Assembly (NCBI GenBank): GCA_030637025.1
Contig: DAOVVV010000020.1
Coordinates: forward strand, 1 to 49,327
Direction of reading: 5' to 3'
Length of the DNA: 49,327 nt
From: Clostridia bacterium
GTDB lineage: Bacteria > CBDUZB01 > JAGLHV01
Under the pieces are notes generated by a model. That model ran no database searches. It was not told the origin of the DNA and was given only the letters and a program-made list of their open reading frames with translations. The position numbers and the translations under genes are program-made. Positions 1 to 15,400 of this stretch are shown here, one piece after another. Numbering within the stretch: the stretch's first letter is position 1; each line of letters begins with the position of its first letter.

Positions 1-430
1 CCCTCTAAATCTTGTTTGATTATTGGTTCTTTTGGTGAAAAGGAAGTTGTTCGAATAACGGAATTTAGAGATTATATTGAATTAATTATTACAGGAAAAA
101 AAGAAAATGGTGATACTATTAGTTTTATTGCCAATATTACACCGGAATACCTCAATGAAAAAGTATTAGTTAATATTTTCGAGAAAATGAAGGAATTAGG
201 GGGATTATCGGACTTAAAAGTAGCAATAGCCGGTAAAAGAAACAGTATTAAAAAAATTAAAAAGATTTGGGAAACAAATAATTTTCCGGTTCCTGATAAT
301 AAGATTTTATTGACACATTCAACTACAAACGGAGAAGCTGTACTTTCATCTCTTATAATTATAGTTGTCAAAGACGATATTAGATTAATGCACAAAAAGG
401 GACGACATTTAGATTGGGATAGTCTTATAA
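1..430 (+). other. Degenerate copy of the C-terminal CheD/YfiH-like deamidase domain (giant protein)
   Basis: EVVRITEFRDYIELIITGKK..FIANITPEY..GLSDLKVAIAG aligns with EIVSVPELYDCTGIAIAGRK..IAAHIRPGY..GLSDLKLALVG at ~27010-27195. Cys is replaced by Tyr and His by Asn. Confidence 0.6.
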
Positions 431-3400
431 TAAAAGGAGTTCAGGATAGCCGGCAAGAAATAACGGAGAGAATAACAACAAAGAAAATACAAGATGTGAA
501 CGAATTGGATGAAACCAAAAATAAATTGTCAATCTTTTTGGAAAACATAGATAATCTTAATGAAAATCAAAGATTAATCTTGGAAGCAGCTATTAGTAAT
601 GGTTTTGTTTGTTTTAATACGGATAAACTTAGACTTAATCAAAGAATACTATCTATGGATATATCTACATTCAATAGGGCTATAAAAAAGCTTGAAAACT
701 TAGAATTGCTTACAATTCCGACCAAAGGACGTTATATTTTAAGCAATAAATTAATAAATGATTTGCGGGAATCTCAAATATTCAATGATGAAGTGTACAA
801 AAAATGGATGGATATTGTAAAGATGGAAGAGGTATTTAACGAATTTGTCTATCCTGAAGGGATAGGGGATAGAAGTAGTCGTAAGGAAGGGAATGTATTA
901 ACAAGTAAAGACAGGGAGGCAGTACTTGCAATTTTAAAAAGTTTTAAAAAGGATACTATTTATAACGTTTTTGGTGCAGAGGAATTAAGAAAAAAATACA
1001 GTTTTTTAAAAGATGAGTATACTAAAGACCGCTTTCAACATTTATTAATCATTCTGGAAAAAGCTGGAGTCTTTGATTGTCCTGTTTGGGGACGCTATTT
1101 GTTTAGTAAAGATTTTGTAGAGAAGCAGAAAGAAAAAGGACTTATAGATGATGTTTTTTATAATAAATATATGGTAATTTTAAAACGAGAGGAATTACTT
1201 AATCAATTTTATTATGAAAACAATATTGGGGAGAGAACCAAGGGAGAAAAATTAGCTAACCAGGATAGAGAATTTGCGATAACCCTTGTAAATATAGTAA
1301 ATGAATTAGAAGGACCTTTTAATTCAGAAAAATTGGTGGGTTTATTTATTGAAAAAGGTAAGAAATATGCTGATAAGAAAAGTATTAATATATTTCTGAG
1401 TAATTTGGTAAATGCAGGTCTTTTAGACAGGCCTGTGTCTAATAGGTATTTATTTAGCAAAAAATTTATTGGTCTGCTATTTAAGGAAGATTTTATTGAT
1501 AGAGATACAAGGAATAAGTGGAATAATTTGTTGGAGAGAGAAAAGAAATATAAAAGCTTAGGAAAAAACAGAAAAGATGGGTGGACGGGTTCAACATTAA
1601 GAGTTCTTGATGTTATCATTGATAAGGATTTAAAGCGGTTTACAAAGGAAGATATTTCGGAAGAAATTTCTGATATGCCGGTGAGGACAGTAAAGAAATC
1701 TTTAGGTATACTGAGCGGAATGGAAATTATTGAGTATCAAAAGGAGGGGGAGTACAGGGGGTATTATGCTGTTAGTCACATAATAGCAAATGTTAAAGAA
1801 ATGCCGATTAAACCTATAGAAATTATTGCAATGATTGAAAAAGAGGCTGATTTGGAAGAGGATTTTAAGGCAGCAAAAGACCTGTATGAGAGGGCCATCG
1901 AGGGGTATTCCCAGATTAAAGAAGACGGGTTAGCTATGGAATCAATCAAACGCTGTTCGAAAAAGATCGAAGATAAAGGGGTTGCTATTATTAAAAACGA
2001 ATTACCTGAAAATTCCACAGCCCTTATTTTATTCTTTATAATTCAGGGATTAAGCCGGGAGGATATCATAAACGATGGAAGGATTAGTCAAATTTCTTTG
2101 AGAAAAAATACCAAAATGCTTATTAACGATGAGTGGATAAAATATGAACAAAGTAAAAGAGTTCTGCCAACGAATAAAGCACTAGAGCTTATTTATGGTT
2201 CGGAGTTTATTTCAATTGTTCTTGAAAAATCACCTTATTCAGCTTTAGAAATTGAAAGAGCAAAAGAAATACTTAAAGAAAAAGATTATAAAATCAACGA
2301 AGATAATATTAAAAGGGCAATAATATTGTTTAGAGAAAATATCGATATTAAACCGATTTATATGAAAATTTCGGCAAAAACATTGCAGGAAAGGATAAAA
2401 GCAATAAATGCAGGAGAAGAGAAAGGAATAGATATTCCTAATTATTATATTACTTATCCCGCAGAAAATATATCCTTCATGATAGATAGTTATATAAAAA
2501 ATAATAAAGCTGCTAGTTTGCGTATTATCTACGAATCTCTTCCTTTAATAAAATCACCAAAAAATTTATTAAACTTATTAAGTGATTTTGTAAATTTACC
2601 GACTAGAGAGAAAAAAAGTATGATGGCTAAGAATAAATTATTAAATGCGTTTAAATTCTTTCCGGATGAAATAAAAAATAATTTTAAAAAAATAGAAACG
2701 GATGAGTATAGTAATAAAATAGTTGTAGAAGGATTTATTGAAACTATTTATAAATCTCCGAAACATTTTAAAATACTTATAATTTTAGATAAAGTAAAAC
2801 CTGTTTTAAAAGAAGAAGCAATCGAACAACTTAACGAAAAATCTGAAATTATAAAGGAAGTGTTTCTTGTAAATTTAGGAGAGAGGATATCTATAGAAGA
2901 TGCTTTATCCGGATTAGAAAGCAATCTATTCGATGCCTTTATTAAAAAGGATGATGGTGAAATTATATTAGTAACTGTTGCTGAAGACAGGTTAACAGAA
3001 GCTGTAAGTGATGAAAAAGGTGAAGTAGCATTATTATCTTATGCCGGTATATTGATATTGGTGTTAAGTATAGGGGTTTTATCTGTATTATCTCCTTTGT
3101 GGATTATGGGGATTTTGTTAATCGGTATTATTATGGGAGGTATGGCTATTTATCATAGTCCACCGTGGGGTAAATCAGGCAGAAAAAGAGCCTTTCCCAT
3201 TATTCAAAATCTGTTAATAACCCTTCTTGTATTAGCCCTGCTTCCCCGGAAAAAAATAAGCCCGCAGGTTTTAGACGATATTACTGCTTATAGTTCCCTT
3301 TTAGAAATATCAAATGTTGACTGGGATGTGCTTATAGGAACAGATAGATTTAAAGATGTTGTGCCGAGAGTATTATGTAGTTTAAGTTCGGATGTTCCGG

Positions 3401-6400
3401 CGATAAAATTTATTGCCGGCCAAAAAATAGAAGAATTAATGGATGATGAGAAACAAAGGAGTTTAGTATTGAGTATAGCCGGGGATTTGGATTTAGCCGG
3501 GGATCAGGGACTTCCCAACATTATTGAAATTATAAAAACCCTGGATAATTTGAAAAAGGAAATGGAAAAATCAGCTAAAGATTATCTTATTGCCCGAAGA
3601 GATGTTAAAATTATACCTGAGTCTGGGATGGGGTTACTTTTAGCAGCTGATGTTTTCATTCAGAAGGAAATAAGCAGTATTGCTGAGGCAGAGAGCAGAC
3701 AAATCCCTGTTAAGTATGTAGAAAACGAGGGCAAAAGAAAAAAAATAGCTATAAAATCATTTGTTAAAATAATCGGTAAACTTATTATTTCAAGCATAGG
3801 ATTTATTATTTTAATAAACTTATTTTCCCGATTTATAGAAGGATGGCTGTATATAGTAGCAGTCATACTAATAGGCATAATTGGAGGTAAATTTGTAGCG
3901 AAATGGGCTTTTAATCGTCCGTTAATGGAATGGAGACAAATAGTTAACGCCTTAAAACCGAAAGATTTAGAATTTCTTCTTGGGGATAAGAATGCCAAAT
4001 TTTATCTTAAAATAGAGTCTTTTGGTCAGGATTTAATTACTAAAACAGAAGTATTGGCAGAAAAGTTAAAAAAATTAGGGGTTGATGTAGAAATCTTAAG
4101 ATATGACGACAAAAAATATCTTTCTTTTTCCGAATACTGTAATAAGATTATAGTTGTAGAATTATTCAGGAGAAAAAAATCCATTTCTGATGGGTATAAA
4201 TTTAAAAAAAGTGATATAGCAGTTCGTTATTTTAAAGGCGAAATACCCGAAAAGATGCCTATGGAGATAATTCAATGCTATTTAGATGAATTTGAACAAA
4301 TAGTGGGTAATCTGGTTGAATACAAGAAAGAAGTCGTTGAGATTGAAAATATATTGTCGGGTGAATTTAATGACGAGGAATTAATTGTTTGTACCGATAA
4401 AATATTAAGGGAGATTTTTGATTATATAAGAAACCCGGAAGAAGATATTATACCTATTTCTGAAAGTAAAAAAAAGCTTGTGCAGGTTTTGGTAAAGAAT
4501 TGCAATTATAATGAAAAAGATGCCCGGAGATTAAGAGATGCATTGGTATCCAGTAAAACTTATTTGCAAATATTAAAGAGTAATAATGAAGAAAAAATAG
4601 ATATGATAACCGGTAATTTATTGGATATTCTTGCGTATTCAAAGAATACATTGGATAATATAGGAGTTAAGAAAGATCTTTTGTTTAATGTAGAGAGATT
4701 ATTTTTTAGCGCAATAGATATAGAACTGTTAAAGAGAGAGGGATATGATAATAAAGAAATAAGAAGTAATTTTTTTAGCGGAAATAGTACAGGCAACTTT
4801 GTGTATTTACCCAGGAGGGATGGAAAATATATTAATTTTACTTTTTTTATTCCCAAAAATTGGAGAAAGATATTTAATTTATCCGATGGAAGTAGGAAAG
4901 TAGTACAAGAAATTTATAATGGGGAAAAATTATACATTCCGATTACCGAAGATTCATGGAGAGAGTTGGGGAGGGAAATAGACCATGTTAATTCGCTATT
5001 TGAAAAATATTTAAGAGCAAGAGGAACTGTTTCGGGAGAGATTTTAGCTATATCTAAAAGACTAAGAATCCAACCCCAATATTCAGATGATTTAATTGAC
5101 AGAATTTGTGCTATGAGGGTGGTAAAGAAGGCTTTAGGGAGATTTCCGGGGGTTAAATTGAGTAATAAATTTATGGAAAGATTTATTGAAGAAATAAGAG
5201 TCCCTTCTTTTCCTACGGATTATAGAGAGCTGGAAGTTTTATTTTTATATTTTGTTAAGGAATATAAAGGCTGGGAAGAAAAGGGATTGGAACCGTTTGA
5301 GATAGAATCGATGCTGCTTGAAATTTCTGTAGATGAGGCAAAAATGTTAGAAAATACCGGTATGAATATGGAAGATATAAAAGTTTTAGTGATGAAAGAT
5401 AAGGCAAAAATCAGAAAGGAAATTGAAAACAAAAGTATAAGTAGTTCTATAGAAAAAAGTGAGAAATCTACAGTTAAGAAATTGTTTTCTGACATATTCA
5501 TTGTTCTTTTCTGGTATTTTGTTCACCTGTATGCTATTTTTTACATAGCTTCCTTCTTGAACATATCTATTAATAACCAAACGATAATATCTGCATTAAT
5601 ACTTGCATGTATAACGATGTATGTAGACTCAATAATATCAAAAAAACTTAATTCGGGGGAAACAAGGCAAGATCGAAAATTGAAAAAAAATATAAAAGCT
5701 TTAATTGAAAATAAAAAGAATCAAATTTATTTAACAACGGATTTTCCCGGGGACAGTAATGATGTAAAAGAGCTTATAAATAAACTAAATGAGGTTAATA
5801 AAAAAAATGTAGAGTTTTTAGCGCCCATGGAAAAAATTTCCGAGGTTATCGGTGATATAGAAATAATAAACTTAGTTCCTGAATTAGATATGACGTACTT
5901 TGATGATGGGGTGCATTCAGATTTTATTAATCAGGATGAAATAGGGGATTCCGAAAAAATGAAAAAGGAAGTAATTATTGTTTCTATGGAAACATTTCGG
6001 GAAATTGTGGAGGAAATAGAAAAGGATTATGAATCCGGCAAGGCAAAAAACCCAGTGGAAAAAGTATTAAGTATGTTATTAGCAATAATTATTTTAGGAA
6101 CATTAATGTCTCATGTGGGATTAAGATTTATCGGAAAGGCTGCAGCGGAGCCGGATGTTCTCAATACTGCTTTTACTTCAGGTGTATCCATTTCCGGGAT
6201 TGGTTTACTTCCTTTTATTATCGCAGGTTTGTTGGTAAGTATGATATTTCTAAAATGGATGATAAAAGCAATGGGTAAGAGGGCTGAACCAATGATGAGC
6301 AACTTAATTGAACGCCTTATCAAAAGAAGTCCGCTTTTAGTTCTTCCGATTTTAATGACAATGCCATCCAATGTTATCCTAGAACAAATCTACAGTAAGA

Positions 6401-9400
6401 GACCCGAAGTAAAAAGCGAAGGGGTAGCAAAAATATTAAAATATTTCTTAAAAGATAAAACAGAGAATGAAGGATGGGTAAGTTTTGCCGATATAAGTAA
6501 GGAAACAGGTCTTTCGGCTGATACATTTTATAATAGATTTTTAAGAGATTTAGGCCCATATATAGAAGCGGATAATTCCGGAGACAGAGTACTTTATAAA
6601 GTAAAAGAATCTTATAGAGAAACGTTAGAGAAAGCATTGGATGAATTTGAAGAAAGTATATCGTATTCTAAAGGAAAATTTACATGGGAAGAAGTAAAGA
6701 AAAAATTGGATAAATTATCGATATCCAGTCCGGAATTTGCAAAAGTGTTGAACGAAATTGCTGAGCGAAAAAGAGAATTTATAATAGAAGAATTAGTAAA
6801 AAAATTAGGGGTGTCAAAAAAATTTGTACAAAATGCGCTTAATGTTTTAGCGAAAGGAGAAATTATATTATACCGCGGAGTACCCTATGGAAGAAGATAT
6901 TATAAAATGAATCCTATAAAGTCGGAAAATTTAGAAGAGTCAAATCTTCCTAATTTAATTATAGATAAGATAACTAAATCTCCTTTTCAGTTTGTGTTAG
7001 GTGAAAAGAAAGTGGAAGAATTTAGTTCCGAGACAGTTAAAGAAAACATTAAAAATTTTAATCTTGAAAATCCGGCTCAATTTGTATTTTTAATGCGCAT
7101 AGTTGATTTTGAAGGTGAGAAATTCTTTGTAAAAAATTTGGGCATAGAAGATTTTACTTACCAATTAATTTCAGATACAATTAATGATTTATTAAATTTA
7201 AAAATTTTAGTTATTGATGATTATAAAAATAATGAAAAAATATTGATGTTTAATCCTGATGTGGAGGAAATAAAAGAAGAGTTTAAAGAAAGATTAGATG
7301 AATATTCAGGTTTGGCTGTTCCTTCAGATGAGATATTGGAAAATTTGGAAAATTTATCAATTACTTCGAAATTGAAAGCAAATATTCTAGCAGCAACTGC
7401 TTATAGTGACAGGCGGCATGATATTTCATTAGGAAATATTAATTTATGGTTTGGTAAAAAAGACAAAGCTTTTCTGAAAAAGTTAAACGATAAGGGAATA
7501 ATAGTATTGGTAGATAGTATTGGAAAAAACAAAATTTATATTTTAAATCCAAATAAAGAATTAGATGATTTTAGTGGAAAAATACTTAAATTTTTATCAA
7601 AACAAAAAATAAAACCGGATATAGATAAAAAAGTTGTTTATTCCAAATCGCAGAAATATTTTGAATTATATAAATATGGGGAAATAAATGATTTTGTAGA
7701 AGATTCAAGTTTTCCTGGTTATATATGGAAGAGGATGAATAACAGGGTTTTAGGAATTCTCATATTGGCTGATATGTTAAAAAAGCCTGTAGAGAAAGCG
7801 ACAAGAGATGATTTTAAAAATAACGGATTTAAGGGCCTTATTAAAGAACATTATAACAATTCTACTTCTACAGCAGTAGATGAATTTTATGCTCTATGTA
7901 AGAAATTTAACGTTGCTGTAGCAGAGGATAGTTATGATAGAGAGAATTATCAGAAATTAAGAGAAACTCTGGATAATATGTCTGATGAATATGGATCGGT
8001 TTCAAGAAATTATGTTTATGCGGAAGAAATTGAAAATAAAGCATATTTAGAAAAAAATCCCAGAAAAGCAATAAAGCTATATGAAAGGGCTATAGAAAAA
8101 TATTCCCAGTTTGGAGAGGGAGAACCTGGTTATGAATTAGCTCAAAAAGCCATAGAACGTTGTTTAAAAAAGATAGAAGATAGAATGATAGCTGTTGGTT
8201 TGCCTTATTATATCGCTGAAAAGATAGAGAAAGAAGCGGATTTGGAACAGGATTTTATGGTAGCAAGAGATTTGTATGAGGCTGCTATAAAGGAATATTC
8301 CCGGATTAAAAAGGGAAAACCTGGTTATGAATTAGCTCAAAAAGCTGTTGACCGTTGTTTAAAGAAGATAAAAGATAGAGGAATAGCTGCTGATTTACCT
8401 TATTATATCGCTGGAAAGATAGAGAAAGGAGCGGATTTAGAAGAGGATTTTATGGTAGCAAGGGATTTGTATAAGGCTGCTATAAAGGAATATTCCCGGA
8501 TTAAAAAGGGAGAACCTGATTATGAGTTAGCTCAAGAAGCCATTGAAAGTTGTTTAAAAAAGATAGAAGATAGAATGATAGCTGCTGATTTACCTTATTA
8601 TATCGCTGGAGAGATAGAGAAAGGAGCGGATTTGGAAGAGGATTTTATGGTAGCAAGAGATTTGTATAAGGCTGCTATAAAGGAATATTCCCGGATTAAA
8701 AAGGGAGAACCTGATTATAAATTAGCTCAAGAAGCCGTTGAAAGTTGTTTTAAAAAGATAGAAGATAGAGGGATTGCTATTGTTAAAAAGGAAGCTTCAT
8801 CTCTTATTTTGTCCTTGATAAGTCAAGGATTGCAACGGGAAGATATAATAAATAAGAAGCATAAGGGTATTATGATTACTAAATATGATTGGAATTGGTT
8901 AACCAAAGAGCTTTTAAAATATGGATTTATAAAATATGAACAGAATAGAAAATTTGTGCTAACCGAAAAAGCGTACAATCTATTAAATATTTCAATTACC
9001 GAAAAATTACCTTATACGGAAGCAGAAATTGAATCCGCAAAAAAAATACTTAAAGAAAACGAATTTGAAATAGATAGAATGTCCATTGAAAAAACAGTAA
9101 TATTGCTTAGAGAGAATATTGATATAAAGCCGGAGTATATAAAATTTTCATTGGAAACGTTGCAGGAAAAAATAAAAGCATTAAAGATAGGAAGAGAAAA
9201 AGGAATAGATGTTCCTGATTATGTGCTTAAATATCCGGCAGAAAATATAGCCACAGTGGTAGATACCTTTATAAAAAATGATGAAACTATAGCTTTTTCA
9301 ACTATTAATACCTCTTTAACTACAGCAAAATCAACAAAAAATTTATTAAAATTAATAGATGATTTTGTGAATTCGGTTGGTAAGGGCAAAAAAAATATAA

Positions 9401-12400
9401 TAGGTAATAAATTGTTAACTGCATTTAGATTGTTTCCGGATAAAATGAAAGAGAATTTTAAAGAAATTGAAACGAATAAATCGATTAATAAAAGCGTAAC
9501 AATAAAATTTATTGAAAGTCTTTATAAATATCCGAAATGTTTTGAAATACTTATTATTTTAGATGAAATAAAACCTATTTTAAAAGAAAAAGCAATTGAA
9601 CAACTTAACGAAAAACATGAAATTATAAAAGAATTATTTGTTATAAATTCAGGAAAATGGATTTCTATAGAAGATTCTTTATATGGGATAGAAAAAGATC
9701 GATTTGATTTATTTATACGAAATGATAACGGTGAAATTATATTATTAGAAAAGAAACCTGATAATAAAAAAGCCGAGCTTAAACAAAAACAAGGTGCTCA
9801 GGCACAAATTATGCCATTGAGTATATTAGTTGTTTTTCCGTTATTGATCTTTATTGCTGTGGTTGTTGTAGCATTCATTACACCTGTTGCAGCAACAGGA
9901 TTGGAATATAGCTCATTAATTAATTCGGTAATTTTTAATTCTTTACCCGCTGGTTTTATTTTTACTGTCCTGGGAGTGACGGGAATAATATGGTTTTATA
10001 TGTCCAAAAAAATAAATAAAGAGGATAAGCAATTTGATGGGATTGAAAAAGTTAATGAATTATTGCAAAAAAGAGCAGGTTATGACCAGGATGAATTAAA
10101 AACTATAGGCATTGATCCGGAATTATTTAAGATTATTTATGATTATAATTTTAATCAGAGATTTGATGTCCAATTTGCCGGCTTTGAAGAAATAAAAAAG
10201 GTAGGGGGCAAGACATGGTTTATAAACAGGGAAAATAAAACAATATTATTAAATACTAACTATGTAATGGAAAGCGAGTCGGCTTTTTATAATCATTTAA
10301 GAAAACTTCTCCTTCCCTGGGTGTTAGCTCATATCAATGGACACTTAATTAAATTCTCTTCCTATTTTGGCTTCCTTAGTAAACCTATCGCCTATCTGTC
10401 CTGGATAATATCTCCTGTTTCAAAATTGATAAAAAAGATTATTAATTGGTACAGATTAAAAGCATTTCCAATTAAAGTTGAAATCGGTTTTGGTAAAAAA
10501 GGCATATTTTTGTTAGAAAATGCAGATAGAAATAAGAGAGAAAGATGGAAAGGATTTGAGATGGGAGAGGATGGGATTAATAATGTAAGGGAGAAGATTA
10601 AAAAAGGGGGAATAAAAAATTTAGAAGTAGTTAAGGTAAAGAGACCGGAAACAGGTAACATTATGGGAGGAACAGAATATATAGAACTATCCAAATTGAA
10701 TTTAATTTCTGCACTTAAAGATAAACTTAAACCTAATTCAATAGCTGGATTTTATTTTAATTATCCTGTTCCTTTTATAAATGATAGAATTATTGATACC
10801 AAAGTAGCAGAGGAATTATATAAGTATCTTGTTGTAGGTGGTGAAGTTGTAGTTGTTACTGAGAAGGAATCTTATATAAAGGAAATACGAGAAGCGTTTT
10901 CGAGAATTCCAGGATTTGATAATTATTTCATAGAAAATGGTTATCAAGAAGGATCTCCTCATCGTTATTTTAAAGACAGCAAAGGGTGGGAATATTCTCC
11001 AAAACCAGAAAGTGAATATTGGGAATCTTGGGGTGATAATCGTTTTGGAAATGTTTATTATTTGAGATTTACAAAACGAGATATTCCTGATTTTAAAAAG
11101 ACAAAATTAATAGCTCAATTTAATAACGAGGAAGAAGTTTTTGAAAGGGTTAAAGAGTCGGATGAAAATACTCTTTGGATTGTCTCTGATTTCAATGGGT
11201 TAAGAGTAAAAAATATTCGCAGAGAAATAGATAATAAGGGATTAAAAAATATAGTGGTTTATACTGGGGCTCCATGGAGTGTGATTGATGAAATTAAACT
11301 AAATGATATTTCAGAAATATATTTGGATAATACTACTTCCATATTTGAAGATGAATATAGACTAGAAACTAGAACTTATTTAATAAAACCTGCTCTTGCT
11401 CAAACGATATCTGATTTGCTAATAACTGGTGGAAAAATAATTGTTAATGCTTTAGATAAAGAATATTCTGACCAAATCGAAAAAATCTTTTCGGAAATTG
11501 AAGATTTGAAAATAGAGACAGTTGTAGAAAAAGAAGGTAAATATTTTCTTAGTTATATAAAAATAAAGGAAGAATCAAAAAAAGTAAAAACTCCCAAATT
11601 TATTTCCGGGCTTGCATCATTATTTATGTTATTAGGCATTATACTCCCTCCGGAGAAAAAACAAGTTGAAAAAATTAAGCTGGATACATATTTGAAGAAT
11701 GCTTCCTCTGATAAATTAGAAATGCTGGAGTTGATTGCCCGAATAGCAGGAGGGTATAAGCGAGGGATGCTGTATCGAAATTCTTTATATAGTAAGGCTA
11801 GTGATTTTACGAGAGCAATAACTTTACTAGATGAGCTTATTCTTCTTGAGGTGTTAATCGTTCCCCATGGATCAAAGATGCAGTATAAATTTAATCCTGA
11901 GATGAAGGAATATTTTGCAGATAAGGTAAATCAGCTATTTTTTCAGGATAGAGTTGATAAGTTAATAAGAGAGACAGATATAGCTGAGCCGGAGAGTGTA
12001 TTTAGAGCGGTAATGGCGGTAATGGAGAAAGTTGAAAATGTAAAAAAAGTTTATAAAGCGTTAAATTATATTTTTGAAAATTATAAGTTTAAAAAGGGAG
12101 AAGGATTTAAAACAATTCTTATAAATAGAAAAACCGGAAAAGAGCTTTCATCTGCACAAATTCATTCTCTGATTTCACCGGAAAAAAACAATTATCCATT
12201 TAACAAATTAAGTGAAAATTCTCCACTAAGACAACTTTTAATGCATATTCTTAACAAAACAGGTATTTTAGGCGATTTAGGCGGTTTACCGGTACGAATG
12301 TCAGCATTGCCTGAAAGTGGAGATTATACCATTTCTGCGATCTCCCCGGACGGGGAACGAGGTGTAGACGAATGGGTAAAAAATAATTTTAGAGTAGAAG

Positions 12401-15400
12401 GGATATATGAACCCGGAAGGAATGTATTTGATAAATTAGTTCTCAAGAGGGTAGGGAATGAGGAAGGAACAACAGTTTATTCGCATAAATCATTGGATTT
12501 TGAAATAGTAGTTTTAAAGGGCAATCCTCAAAAAGTAGAAGAGATAAAAGAAAATTATAATTTAGCAAAAACAGAAATCACTTCTTTAATTCCTGCATTT
12601 AAATTAATTGAAAATCCGAAGATAATGATTGAAAAAGTAAATGGACAAGGATATGTAGAATACGATTTTGCAGTTGTACGGGAAAAAACTAAAACTTGCC
12701 GTAATATAAATGAGGCCAATTTTAAAGAACTTGTTGAATTGATTTTTAGTATGTGGAAAAAAAGAATCTTTTTCCCGGGGAAAATTTTTATTCAAAACTT
12801 CGGTATTAATAAAGAGGGAAGCATTGTTTTAAAGGATTTGGGGGTTGTAAAGCCGGATTCAATTTATAAAGATAATTTTATTTTATATTTGCGCGGTTTG
12901 GATGTAATTAATAATTTTAATCCATTGAACGCTTTTAGTAGAGATAAAAAATTAGTAAAAGAAAACATATTATCATGGATAAAGTGCTATTTAAGGTTAT
13001 TTATATATAATTCTTTCTTTGTAAAAATATGGGTTAAAATTGAAATAGAAAATGTAAAGGAATATTTAGATGATTTTTTAAAAAAGCATTCAATTAAAAA
13101 AGATGAAAAAGGCCGTTTAGGGAATTTATTATTTATTCCTGCCTCTTTAGCGTTTCTGATAAGTATAGCCGCATTTGTTATGGGATTTAGTACACCTACT
13201 GCCGTAACAGGATTACTATTTGGAGAGGTGTTTGAAATTTTTGGTTTGTTAACGATGATCACTTTGTTTGCCGGTAAAGTAGAGTTTATTCCTGGGGATT
13301 TAACCAAAACGAACTTATCCGATGATAAGGTGACTGTATTATTGGAAAATAAATATAATCTTGATAAAAACCAAAAATTGATTTTGAAGGCAGTTATCAG
13401 CAACGGTTTTGTTCGGTTTAATAGCGATATACTTAGACTTAACCAAAGAATATCATCTATGCCGGATAGTACTATGAATATGAAAATAAGACAGCTTAAG
13501 GAGATAGGATTGATAATGATACCGACAAAAGACCGTTATATTTTAAGCAGAAGCTTAATCGATGATTTGATAGAATTCCGATTAATATCTGATGAATTGT
13601 ACAAAGAATGGATAGATGTTGTAAATATAGAAGAGGTGTTTAACAAATTTGTCTATCCTGAAGGGATAAGGGATAAAAGTAATCGCATAGAAGGAGATCC
13701 ATTAACCGGTCAGGATAGGGATTTAATGCTTTTAATTTTAGAGCCTGTTAAAAAAAATGGTGTTTTTGGTCCGGAGGAATTAAGGAACAAATATAGTTTT
13801 TTAAAGAAAAAATATGATATATACCAATTTCAGCATATAATTAGTCTTTTGACGGAAAGCAACGTGTTGTATAGTTCCGTAAGGGCGCGTTATTTATTAA
13901 GCAGTGATTTCGTAGAAGCGTTGAATGAAAAAGGTCTTATAGATAAGGAGATTTATGATAAACATATAATAATTTTAAAACAGGAGAAATTGTTTAATCA
14001 GTTTTCCTATGAAAATGACCTTGGGCAGAAAACAAAAGGAAATAGATTAGCTGATGAAGACAGAAAATTTACAATAAGTCTCATGGAAGTAATCTCTGAG
14101 ATAGAGGGTCCCTTTGACTCAGAAAAACTGGTTGCATTATTTATCAAAAAAGGTAGTAAATATGCTGACAAAAAACCTTTGAATATATTGCTGAGTAATT
14201 TAGTAAATGCCGGTATTTTAGATAGGCCGGTGTCTAACAGGTATTTGTTTAGCAGAAAATTTATCAATTCCTTATTTGAGGCTAATTTTATTGATGAATT
14301 TATAAAAGACAAATGGGATAATTTATTGGTTCGGGAAAATGAATATAAAAGGTTAGGAAAAAATAGAGAAGAAGGATGGACGAGTTCTGTGTTAAAAGTT
14401 CTTGATGTTATTGTTAATAAAAATTTAGAGCAGTTTAAATTATCAGATATTTCAAAAGAATTGCCTGATATGCCAATGAGGACACTAAGAAAATCTTTGG
14501 GTGTACTTGGCGGGATGAAAATTATTAAATATGAACTTAATGTAGGTTATTCTGTTAATGAAATAATAGAAAATATTCAAAACAGGGTAATTGTTGTTGA
14601 AATGGAAAATAAAGCGGATTTGGAACAGGATTTTAGAGAAGGCGTGGAAAAAAATGAGAAGAAAGGAATTGAGCTGGTTAGAAAGAAAGTGCCAGGTTAT
14701 GATGAGAGTAAGGTCTTATTTTATCTGCTTGAGGGATTAACCCAAGAGGAAATAAAATTAAAAGGTTTTTCTTCAGCGGGCTTGATTAGAATAAATAAAG
14801 TGCTTACAGAAGCAGGATGGTTAAGAAGAGGTGAAAAGCGCATGTTAAAACCTACTGATGCTGCAAAGGAGCTTGTTGGTCAATCATCAGAAGATATTAT
14901 AGTGGGATCAGAGATAGAACAAATACTTATTAATATAGGATTAGTGACTACGAATGAAGACAATATTAAAAAAGTAGAAATATTATTAGAAAATAATTTA
15001 CCGGTAAGGGCAGCTATCATTGAAAATAAATCATTAAAAACACTGCAAGAAAGAATTGAAGTAATTAAAAGAATTAGACTCAAAAATGGAAAGACAGCAA
15101 ATTACCAGACGCTCATATATTATCCAGCTAAAAAAATAGAATTAATAGAGGAAATTATTAGAAGGGCTGACAAAAAGAAGATAGATGTTTCTTTTAAAGA
15201 GATTAAAGACTTGATATTAGTTAGGGGAGAAAAAGGTTTTCTGGAGGACTTAAATAAGTTTGTTAATTCAACAGCAATTAATGGAAAGAAAAAACCGGTG
15301 GATTCAGAAATTAAAGCTGAAAGGGAAAGAATAGGCAATGAATTATTAAAAGCAGCATTAATATGGCCGAAAAAATTTTGTGAACTTTTTGAAGAAATTG

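Noticed and set aside
7700..7890. Single DUF4046-like repeat unit (P..W..N....F...G..GL...Y.NS...A)
   Set aside because: One copy with only a loose resemblance, too weak to call.
8005..8780. CRISPR-like periodicity here and in the ankyrin gene
   Set aside because: In-frame coding repeats without unique spacers, and no cas genes.
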